From Auanema rhodensis (taxonomy: Eukaryota > Animalia > Nematoda), in contig OZ059895.1 of NCBI GenBank assembly GCA_964057225.1, positions 8,432,001 to 8,496,000 on the forward strand: a stretch of 64,000 bases of DNA, given 5' to 3'. Positions 26,553-37,900 of this stretch are shown here, one piece after another. Below the pieces are notes generated by a model that had not been told where the DNA came from, made no database searches, and saw nothing but the letters and a program-made list of their open reading frames with translations. The position numbers and the translations under genes are program-made. Each line of letters opens with the position of its first letter. Within the stretch, counting starts at the first letter, position 1.

Positions 26553-27110
26553 TCAACTGATAATGTTCTTTAGATTGATTGTTGTTGATTAACTTGATGC
26601 AATGTTTTACTTATTGTTATTATGAAGTATTTTTGTACGGCGTAATCTCGCTTTATAATAGATGGGTGCAGCAAAAATCGTGGAATTACTTGAAAAATTG
26701 AAATAAAATGGAAGAAAAGTTTATTTTTCTTCGAAACCAATTGTTCTTTATGATATTTAGAAGCATCAAAATCCAACACTTGCTTTTTCCTGTTTTTTGC
26801 AATGTTATTATTCCTTGTTAGAGGAATTTATTTGACATTTACTCTTAAAAAATGTTTTGAAACTTTACAATTCATTGAATTTTTTAACTTTTCCCAATTA
26901 TTTCAATTAAAGAAATATACTAATTTTCGCTGTTCACCTACTATTTACGTCTGCGGTTGTGCTTTTATTAATATCATATGTGAATATGAAAAATCTTTCG
27001 GAGAATGTTCTTGTTACAATGTGGTTTCTCTAACCTATTTATTATTTTGAAATGTTGTCTGTTTCCCCTTCGTTTTACTGGCTAAACGTATGTGTGTGTG
27101 TAAGATGTAG

Positions 27111-27547
27111 CTTCCATTTCTTACGTCGCAGAGGCTTAGCGAGTTTTGGTGAAATAGTTGCAATGGACCGGCAAGTTTAACGTCCAGCAGGGCAGAGTCT
27201 TCCTTTTAGAAAAGAGCCTAGTCTTAGAAAATTCCGGCTTAACTTTAATCGATCTTGTTGGTCGGGGTCAGCAGGCTGTTCTGAGATACTGACGATAAGG
27301 GAAGAGCGAATAGGTTCCTGTTCCAACCAACTCTTCGGGCTCTTTCAAATTCTCATGGTGCTGGTGTCGTAAAGCGTTATGAATATCTAAAATAGATGTA
27401 TACTGCATCCCATGCGATGACCAACACAATGCGCTGTTTCCGATAAATAAACGGAAATAGTGTTGCTAGTCTTTTTCTGAAGCCTCTTGGGGCTGCATAG
27501 GAAGATCAGAGGCCTAAAGAGACAAGGAGCGTAGTTTTAAATGGGAG
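27111..27547 (+). other. Structured RNA element downstream of the rae-1 stop (long 3'UTR, 3'UTR intron or ncRNA)
   Basis: Closing helix 27111-27119/27539-27547 with several internal helices containing GU pairs; GC-richer than its flanks. Confidence 0.6.
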
Positions 27548-28873
27548 GTTTTATTGAGTCAAGAGAGGAATTGTAGGATTACATTTATTCAAAAAAAGTT
27601 TTACTAATTATTTATACTTATTCATATACAATATAAAATTAATTTACGCGCATACACAGAATAACATAGAACACACTGTCTCTGGGATTTTCAATATCAA
27701 CGTCAAACCTATCTATTATTATTCGGTCTCTACTTCTCCAAAAGCAATAATAGAGCTTTGGCGATGACATCAAAAATAGAAAGAAGAGATAAAGGAGCAC
27801 AGCGATTACAATGGCAGAAAAGGTAAAATGGTGCACAAGAATTTTTGAAAATCTTGATTTGGGGTCCAAGATAAACTCATTACATAACTCTACGACGATT
27901 GTACGAGATGGCAAATAATAATAATAATATCTGGGTAAAAGGTTACACTTACATGCACACATACAAGTACACTTAGGGAATTAAGAAAGGTGGTAGCATG
28001 TAAGTAGAGTTAAAAGATTCCTGGTTCATGTCTTGTATGTGCCATCCTCCTTTCTTTTCGCTTTCAATTACTTTGGCTAATGAGACAACAAATTCTGATG
28101 GCGATAGTGGTACTGGGAGGGACTGGGACTAGTATATTCTTCTGCTTCGCCAACTTCTTTTTTATTCGTTTATGCTGTAGTTGGATACGTGCGACGAATG
28201 TCTCGCGTACTCAAACATTCCTCTCTTCTTCGATTGGAATGTTGTTCACTTATTGTAAAGTTGGCACGAGACTAGAGCAAAAATAGAAGTAGGAAAAAGA
28301 AGAGGAGAAGTAGGAGAGAATCATATATTTGGCATGATCGGCTTAGATTTCCTGAAGCGTGCCAAAGCTGTCGCGCCGTAAGTAATAGTAACAATAGAGG
28401 AATGAGAGTAGATCACAGGCAAACGACGGGTTTTCTGTTCGGACGAGTTTTTTAATGTAGAATAGAATAAAACATAAACATAAGTCAATGGGCTGCGAAA
28501 AAGGTGGACAGTGTGAGGGTACCCAAGATCAAGCTGGCAAAAACCAACTTGATTATGGATTAATTTTAGTTAATTGACGAGTGAGCAGAAGAGGTGTAAT
28601 TATAATTTGATCTACAGAAATCTGGCTTATAAGAAAGTTCAAAAGGTACAAAAAATGAGGTGCTTAATGCGCACTACGTTTGAATTAGGGGGCGCATTTC
28701 ACAAAAAAGATAAGAATGAAAGGAATTTGAATGAGGAAGGTCTATCTATCTCTGCTTATTTTCTTAAAAGATACCTCCTTGCATATCCGTGGTTTGGATT
28801 TTAAGGAAAAAATGGGAATATATGAATGGAGAACAATTAGAGAATAGACACAATGGCGATAGAGATAGATAGC

Positions 28874-30247
28874 CTACTTCTTGACCTCATTGGTCAGGAT
28901 TTGGAACAGCTCCTTATCGGCCAAACAGCCGTCTACGAACTCCTTCAACGTCAGTTCTTTGTCATTGTTAACATCCATTTTCTCGAAGATCATCTTAGCT
29001 CTCTTTCTGGGTGAATCATCGGCAGATTTGGTGACCTCTGGTCCAAGCATTTCGTAAATAGCCTGAAGAAAATAATTATTTACAATGATAAAGGTTTATA
29101 AAATATACTTACCTCAATAATCTTAATCATTTCTTTCTCGTCTATGGTTCCATTGCCGTCAATGTCATACATTCTGAAGGCCCATTCTAGCTTTTGCTCC
29201 GGAGTTCCTGAGCTGGTTACGTTAATAGCCAGCAAAAATTCCTTAAAGTCGATGAAACCGCTGTTATCCGTATCGAAGGTACGGAAGACATGTTCACAGA
29301 ATCCCTCTGCTGAACCTGAGGGGAAGAAGTCTTTATAGACTTTGATGAACTGCTCCTTTGTCAGATGCCCTTTAGGACAATCTTGCTGAAATCAAAGAAA
29401 TAAGATATAGGATATCATGGTGGAAATGCTTTGTTTAATATTCCTTTTTTTAGAAATGTTCTTTATTTTTCTTCGCTTACGGCAGGCAAAACTTCGACTA
29501 TTATATCTAATCTTTTGCAGCATTTTCAATTTATGATCGGCGTACTAACTGTATCCTATTAAGTCAAATATTCACTACTAACTGGAATTGGGACATATAA
29601 AACAATAATAATCCGGTCAGTTTTCAATTTTTTTCCTCAGAAATTCAATTGACACTTTGATGGAAAAGAAGAAAGCAGTCACTGGGTGGGCAAAAAAATT
29701 TTTTAAAAAATGCTTTATGTATTTTATTTCAAAAGCTTTGTGATTTTTCGAATACTAACAAACACTTTGAAATTTCAAAAAACTAAGAAATATTGTTTTC
29801 GATGATGGAAATATTAGTTTGAATATATTGATAGTGAATACTAGCACTAATATATATATATATATATTTATAATATACTTAAAGATACACGAAAAGACGC
29901 TCTTAATTTTTAAAAAATGTTATTATAGAATAGGATATAGCTTATTGAGTAGTTGCACAACTAGCTTTTAAGGAGAACCATATTAGGTTTACTCATGGAC
30001 TGAATGTAATAAAGAGAGCTAGAGTGACTAACTAAGGATATGCATCTTTTCGAGAGCAAAAAGAAAAAAAGCAGATTGAAGCAAAGACTATTTTGTTGAA
30101 CAGAAATTACAAATTAAAAGTTATAATGAGACTTACCACGAATCCCTTGTACCATTCCTTGATTTGTTCCTCTGTGAAGTTAGTGTTCTTTTTAAGGAAC
30201 TCAAGATCTTCTTTAGACAACTTGGGTTTCGAGCCTTTCAGTCCCAT
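28874..30247 (-). CDS. ncs-2: Neuronal calcium sensor 2 (myristoylated EF-hand protein)
   Basis: Three coding exons: [37 protein letters not shown] / QDCPKGHL...[14 protein letters not shown]...[14 protein letters not shown] / ...[14 protein letters not shown]...TNEVKK*. Confidence 0.96.
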
Positions 30248-30985
30248 TTCGAGGGCGGCTCTAACTTATTGGGTTGGAAATAAACTGCAAACAAGGATTA
30301 TATACGTTAGCACTTAAGTATCAGACGATAAATTCAAGAGAGGGAATGAATAACGAAAGCAGAAGAGACAAATCTCAGAGATGTATGAGAGTATGGGGAA
30401 TCGGAAAATGATTTTGAAGCCGGATCATTGCCTGAAAATATCCGTCAACAATATAAATGGTAAAGGAAGTATGAGATATGGAGATGACGTCATCAAATTA
30501 TAACAGAACAAACTTTTAAAGATGGGTAACACAATAAGTTGGATTGTTGAAAAGCTTTTTTATAGTTTGTGTGGGATACTTGGGTGGTCTGGCTGCATCT
30601 TGTGAAAATGACAGCTGACCAAAATAACCCAAGTTTTTGAATATCGATGTGTGCTAGGAACTTGTCTTTAAAATTCTGGGATCAATTCTCATAATTTTCT
30701 TTAGTCAAAAACATATATAAGCCTTAGTCTAGGACAACAGACGCAATCACAGAAAAGAAAAGCTTTTGGAACAACAAACTTAAAAAAAAATTTTTTTTGC
30801 CAAGTCTTTGATAGTTTCCAAAGAAAGTTTATAAAAAAAACTTAAAGCTGTGAATAGAAGTATGTGTTGTACAGACATGAAAAAAATAATACAAAATAAC
30901 AAAAACAAGGAATTACTGATTTTAGACGTTAAAACGTGAGTTTATGGAATACTAGAGTGAATGACCATAAGGTTATAGCGCTCAC

Positions 30986-31066
30986 TACGTCATGAAGGAA
31001 CTCAAGATCTACGCTTTTCGACGTTTTTCGAGAGGAAATATAAAGAAAATGAATACAGCTGGACAT
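30986..31066 (-). CDS. Candidate alternative first coding exon (or uORF exon) of ncs-2: MSSCIHFLYISSRKTSKSVDLEFLHDV
   Basis: TTTTCAG acceptor (AG at 31083-31082), ATG 31066, phase-0 GTGAGC donor at 30985; 16-nt identity to canonical exon 1. Confidence 0.5.
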
Positions 31067-31164
31067 CTTTTGGGTTTAGACCTGAAAACAGATACCCGAT
31101 CAGTCATTATAATGAATCCATCTATGTAGAAGAGTGATAAGAAGCATGAAGGGCATGTACTAGA

Positions 31165-31345
31165 AAGGGGGCTGGAGATCGATAGTTGCGCGCGACGGCC
31201 CCGCCCCAGGGCTTGCGATCGATGCCAAGCCGACTAGCCGCTACCGTAGCTGGTCGCCGTTGGACGAGCAGGCAATCAGGCAGCCGGGCTGGCCAGCTGG
31301 CTGGCTAGCTAGTAGCTAGGCCAGTAGACCACGTCTCCCGTGTTA
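31165..31345. promoter_or_regulatory. GC-rich island, probable ncs-2 promoter/enhancer
   Basis: Markedly GC-rich stretch (CCCCGCCCC, GCTAGC/GCCAGC repeats) in AT-rich DNA, just upstream of the 31082 acceptor. Confidence 0.45.
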
Positions 31346-34300
31346 TTGGGCCCAAAGAGGATCTCTTCATGTTGGTGGGTCAGTCATTCAACGGGCATTA
31401 AAGGCATTATACGTGCCCACACGGTGCATAACGATGTCGATGAGTATGGGAGAGAGCTCATAGAAACGGAATGGACACGCATTTGCTTGTTCGTTCTTGT
31501 TTTCTCTGCTTCAGGCCCTCTTCCATAGCTCAATCCATGCTCGAGCAATATGCTGCTTTGCGAGATGGGAAGAGAAAAGCAATAGAGAAGTCCAGAGATG
31601 CAAAATGGAAGGGAGATGAGACGCGACGGCGATTGGATTGCGGTAAAGTTCGATGATAAGACAAAGATGCTAAAACGCAATCACCACCAAGTCGGCGATA
31701 GGTTTGAATTTGGTGTTTGTGCATGTGCATATTTTCGTTGAAAGCAGTTATGAAAGGAAGGTTATAGATGCATCCACTTTTTGAAAATTTGTTCCTTTTT
31801 CCCATTTCTCTGAACGTACAAACTATAGTGATTTATAACTAATGAATTCATCAGTCCAAAATATAAACAACGAAACGGCCGCGAATTATGAAACGGGAAT
31901 CGGGAACAGAACTTGACTTTTCTGGCTATTTCTTCTTATTGCTCACCACAAAAGCTCTCTTCTTGTGTGTTCTTCATCATGCATTGAGTCGCGCGATTTT
32001 GAGCTTATTGCTATGTCCAACAGCTTTTTACTTAGATTTTTGAACAATATCACAATAGAATTGCAATGCATTGCTAAATGAGAACGGATTCTTGATGATC
32101 ATGAATGTCTCCGAAAACGTGTGGTATAGGTATAGCACACTCAATACTTGTTTATAATAAATTGAGTTTTGCATTAAAATGAAAGAAAGTTCTTCATGGG
32201 ATAACTTATTACATAGCCCCACTTATGTTATTCCACTCGTAGAAAATTCACGAAAGGCAAAAAAAAAGAAAACAGATTCATCACAGCCTGATATGGACAT
32301 ATTGAGCATTTAACTGGTAGCATGCATCATGGCTCATCGCTTAGCAAGAGTGAAGAAGGGGTGACACATAGAAATGGGGGCAAAGAAGGAGAAAAAGGCT
32401 GAGAAGTGGAAGAGTAACAGAGACGTAGAGCGTGGCATGTAGAGGAGAAGAAGAAAGAACGAACATTATTAGCTTGAATGACGACTAGTGTGAAAAAGGA
32501 GGAGGGGAGCGGCATTTGTGTGTATATGTGTATGTATGTATCTCTCTTTCTCGCTCCTTTTTCTCTCTCTCACTCCCGGACACAGAACGGTTGCTTTCTC
32601 TTTCTCTATCTGCCTCTTTCTCTTATTTTGTTCTTTTCTCCGGTCTATCTGTGTATGTGTATGTATGTACGTATGGTTGAAAGACACAGCGTGCAAGTAA
32701 GGAGTTGCTGCGAGAGAAAGAGAAAGAGAAAGAAAAAGAAAAAGTTGATTGCTGCCAATAACGGGTTTCTTTTCCCATATCATACAGACAGACCCTCGCA
32801 GATTCACTGAGAAGCATAAAGGCTAAAAATGCGACAAAATTATACTGAAGTTGATAATATACATGTATACGACGACAGGAGAAGGAAAGCGTATTATTTT
32901 CAAAAAAAAAACATGAAGGTTGTACATTTTTTTCAATGACAGATGCTGAAAAACACTGACTCCCCCTCATCTTCTGACTGCTGTTCTAAAGCTGAAAGAC
33001 CTTTGCCTAGTCCATGGGCTCATATTTTTACATGCCCCCGGGTGGCTTGATGCTGAGACTATGACCTCTGGGACCTGAGAATGGCCACCACCAATCTGGT
33101 AGTCTCTTTCAAATGCATCCAAGGTCTGGATATGCTTCAGATAGAGCAATTTTAACTTTGCAACATAAAGAGGAAGCTCATGTTGTAATTTGCCTACCTC
33201 AAATTTGATAGCGCATAGCTTACAACGAGATGTGAATTAACTTATAAAAACGCGTACCTTTCACAGAAATATGGGCAAAATACGATCGTGTGATTTGAAA
33301 TATTAAACTTTTCTAAAAGAAAAATGTGCACATAAGCAAGATGAAGCTGTTCTGCGACCAAAATAGTATGATAAGAATTGTCGCTACCAGAGTAGCTGAT
33401 AAAATGCTACGATGGCAAAGCTAAACAACTGCTTGCAACCCTGTGCCAGAGCATCCTTTAGAAAGATCTGACAGTTGATTTCAACGTTTTGAACATGCCC
33501 TATTTGGATGAAAATAGGAGATATGAGTATAAGTTGATACACACGTCTGAACTAGTTAAATGCTCCTATTCCCAGGAATAGAAAGGTGAGCGAAAGAGAA
33601 ACAGAAAAAAAGGAGACAAAAAAAATTAAACTTCACTCTATGTCAGCAAAAATAGAAAGATAGTGGTGCGATCATAATTCCTGTCTATGTACAGTTATAC
33701 GAGCTCATCGCCAACTCTTTCACAGTTTTCCTTTTTTTTTCTTTAGAAAGAAAAAAACATTGTACATATATGCTGTGATCGTTGTTGGGCTGTAGATAAT
33801 CCATTTGTTTTTCAAATAATCATAAAAGCTTAGTTTCTTTGTGATGTCTTTGATTGTGACGTACTTGATATCATTCAAGAAAATCATTTCATTTGAATCA
33901 TGCTTATAGAAGAAGCCTTCGAAATCGACGCCAATTTCATTCAGAAAGTGCGAACGACCTGAACGGATGTTTCAAATAAGTATTTGATATTTATACATTT
34001 GATTTTTTAAAAATATTTATAAGAAGCATGAGAGGCGAAACTGATTACATGCATGATTATAGAAAATTGAATTTCTTGTTTGATAAAAGTTATGAGAATG
34101 TTCCTTTTTTTTCTTGCTCAAGGTTTTGCTTTCACAATTTGTTTTTAATTATACTTATATGAAAACAGTGAGTGAGCTCGAGCAAAAAATGGTTAGTTTT
34201 GCGAATGAAAGAAGCATTCAGACAGAGACTTTGAACAATAAAAAAGTTTGTGATATATCTCTTCGTTGATTCATTGAGATGAGATATTTTCTCGTTATCG

Positions 34301-34834
34301 ATTTCACGTCAATCAGCTATTTGAGGCTTTTCCGCGAAGTGATTAACAGCTGGTTTCTGTTCGTCCATTTGACGCTGCTTGATGTGCAGGTTATAAGTAT
34401 GAGCAAAGGTGTGAGCTTTACGAGGATGTGCAGCAGCAGGTGTTAGCCAAAAGAGTGCCGCTTTTTCTGTGGATGCGATATATGCAGTTTCAACACTCAA
34501 ACTACTATCGAAGATTTTTAAACTCGTTGGAAATTTTCTCCTTATCCAGCCTATTCTTCTCACATCTTCTGTGCATCTTCCTTCACTTGCCCTCTTTACT
34601 CTTATATCAAATGTCTTCAGGCTTGAAGAGACAGCCAAAACAGGCGGATTCTCAAGCCCTCATCCAGTCTATATTAGCTTTTATGTTGATGGTGCCCGTC
34701 AAAGGCATGCCTGATTGAATTAGGCCAAGAGACAGGACGCAGGATACGCTCTCCGGCATGTGTTTCGAAGTAATCTTCACTCAGCCATCTACTGAATAGT
34801 ATCGTTGTGCGCGAAATGAAGTAAGAAATTGAAA

Positions 34835-34837
<3 letters not shown>

Positions 34838-34902
<65 letters not shown>
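34838..34902. repeat. (GA)n microsatellite
   Basis: Near-perfect GA dinucleotide run. Confidence 0.95.
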
Positions 34903-34903
<1 letters not shown>

Positions 34904-37900
34904 CAGAGAGATAAAACGGAGTAGAAATCAAGATATAAGGAATGGTTTATACAAGTTAAGCAAAATCTGAGGATATGGATGAAATTCTTATCCATTGTCA
35001 AGATGTGATAAAGATGTCAAATCGATTATATAATAATTTATAATTTAAGCTAGTGATGTAATATAATTGAAAGAATAAATAAAAAATAAAAATAAACAGT
35101 AAGATTAAGTTAATTTCATTCTATTGTAATAAATGATTAATAAAAAAAGACAAGAAGTTTATGAGTGATATGCTTTATTTATCAATGAATATTATTATTA
35201 TTTATGTTCTTTTCTTCTTTCTATTATCATAGAAGTAATGATAGCAGAATGTGGAAGATCTATTTGTAGTTTATTATACGAAGTTATGTTAGTTTTATCT
35301 GAGATTTTAATTATTTTTTCAATCAACGCAACACATAAATTGTTTTGTTAAAGAGATGCGTTGATGTGAAAAATCTCAGCTGTTATATTTTCTTATTCAC
35401 TCACTTATTACCTATGAAATTTTGATGAAAATATAGTGAAATAGATTGGTGTTGAAAGTATATGTTATGTAAACATGTTTACTATCATTATTCTTTCTTT
35501 CTTTCTTTTTGTTTTCTTTTTTGGTTCATCGAAAATACATTGAAATGTTAGATTTTCATTTGAAAAGAAGATAGATGCTCAAGAGAAGTGTAAGGTGATA
35601 AAGAAAGACATTTCGTTTGTTCTTCTTTATATGTCCAAAAAATACTTGGAATCAAAATTTAAAAAAGAAAAGATAAAAGATTTCATCACCAATTTAACGG
35701 ACGGCATGCTTTTACAAGGGAATTCATGGTTATTATCATATGATGGTATGATTATATTAGATTTAAATAGCAGTTACAGTCCTAGTAATTTCTGTAGTAA
35801 ATTTGATTGGAAATTTAGATCATTAATATTATCACTTTCATAACGATTCATAGAATTTTAGTACTTTGTCTTCATACCTACATGAATCTTGTTGAACAAA
35901 GTGATTAATACTTTGTTAACTATATGGTTCCGGTTGAACCAAATACATTGTTGATATGTGATAATTGTGTGGTTATAGCATAAGATATAAAACAAAGGAA
36001 AAACGTTTGGAACAATAGGAGAGCTTAGTTACATTCAGTTATTCATTTATACTATGCTTGTTATACTGGATCATTTATAGCTTAGGATTAATTGTTAGGA
36101 TTCACTTCTACATAACATATTATCTATTCCTCTTATTCTCTTTCTCTCGTCGTCTTTTTCTTTCTCTCTTTATTTTTCTTTGAAATACGTATGCACACTC
36201 GGTGGGCCCTCTTTCTTACAAGTTATTTCTATCACAGAATATTTGCAACTTTTACTTTTGAGCTTATTAGTTTTTTTAGTTCCTCCACCTAAGACTAAGA
36301 AATCAAGAGAGCAAAATAACATTTGACTGGGAGAATGTATTTAGTTTAAACTCTGTTTTTCACCTTTAAACAACTATCTCATTTCATTAGAAAATAAAAG
36401 AAAATGAGCTATTCGAAATGATGCAGTTGACTGCGCATGAGTTTAATTAATGTTGTAACGTACGAGTACGAAACAGGAAGCGGCGTGAGGCATAATCGTA
36501 AAAAACATGTTGGATGCTACTTCAAAAGGAAATACTTGATTATGAATGCTCAACGTAGGAAAATTCTAAACAACATAAATAAATAACGTAGACGTTTAAA
36601 GCAAATGTACGCAGAAGACTTAAATGGTAGTGTAAAAGATAGCTAGTTTGAATGCTTTTGGTACAAGATTGAGGACCTGAATTATCTTTATGTCGCTTTA
36701 AACAACAAGAGAAACAAAGTAAAATGAAGAGATACAGACTAGAAGCTTTGTTATCACATGCAATACCGAAAGAGAAATGACATTCTTTCTTTTTTATGTC
36801 TATACTAGTTGAATGCTGATATGATGAGCTCTTTCATTTTCCCGTGCCTGCTCTCTTTCACTATTTTGATTCACATTATTGTAGCTTCAATTCTTTCATC
36901 ATTTTATATTATTACTTTTTTTTAAACAAAAAAGTCACTTCTTTTGTTTATATATATATATATATATATGAAAAAGATTATCATGTACATGAAGGGATGT
37001 AAAAGTTGTTGAAAGGCATGATGACTTTATTTAAATTAGATGATAGATATATAAAAGCTGAATGTAAATTTGACATGAAAGAAGTGTGACATGTTTGAAA
37101 TCGGATTATGCTTATATAAGCTTCTTGTTGTAAAAAAGAGAATTTTGCTGTCTAAGGGATATTAACTCCTTTTTTTTTATATAAAAAAGTTTATGTTGAA
37201 TGCAACCGATTGCTTATAAATGAGTTTAAAAAATGGTTTAAATATCCATTTCTTGAGCGCATGCTCTTATGTAAGTTAATTTATGCTAATGAAGAGTGTA
37301 AGAAAAACTTACAAAAGAAATTTAGAATTAAGTAAAATAAGGGGAAGAAAAATACGAGAATGAAGAGTGGAAAATTTGAAGAGGTAGTTGCAAGTCCTAA
37401 GCTGAAGAGCAGCTAGACAGGGTAGTACTTGAACATGATTTAGGAAACGATTGGCTGAAAAGGGTAGCCACGGACGACGCTACTATAATAGAGCATTTGT
37501 TCAGGATTTATGAAGTCTAGAAATCATCCAATAACAAATAATTGTAAAATTGTAGAAGCGATTGAGAAGAGATTATTCATGGCAAGAGTGATGAGTTGCA
37601 TTTTGAGAAAAGAAAAATAACGTAAAAATGTTTGTGTAAAATAGAATTGAGAAGTAATATGCAAAATAAAACCTGTAAAATAGATTATAGTTGAGTGAAG
37701 TGAGAAAGGAGAAAAAACATTTGAAATCTCATTAGATTCGTCTCTCTATCGTGATTAATATTTTGATTATTATGACTTTTGTTGTAAGGATGTACTTGAG
37801 AATGGTCTCAGGTAATCAGAACATTCATTCTATTTGGAATGATGATGATGATGATTATTAGGTTAGAAGTACTATTTAAGTAGTGGAAACAATAACCATG

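Noticed and set aside
24474-27576. rae-1 structured elements as an intron-hosted telomerase RNA
   Set aside because: No extended GCCUAA-type template was found on the + strand. The only 8-nt match (CUAAGCCU, 27140-27133) is on the strand disfavoured by the GU pairing. A non-canonical telomere repeat is not excluded.
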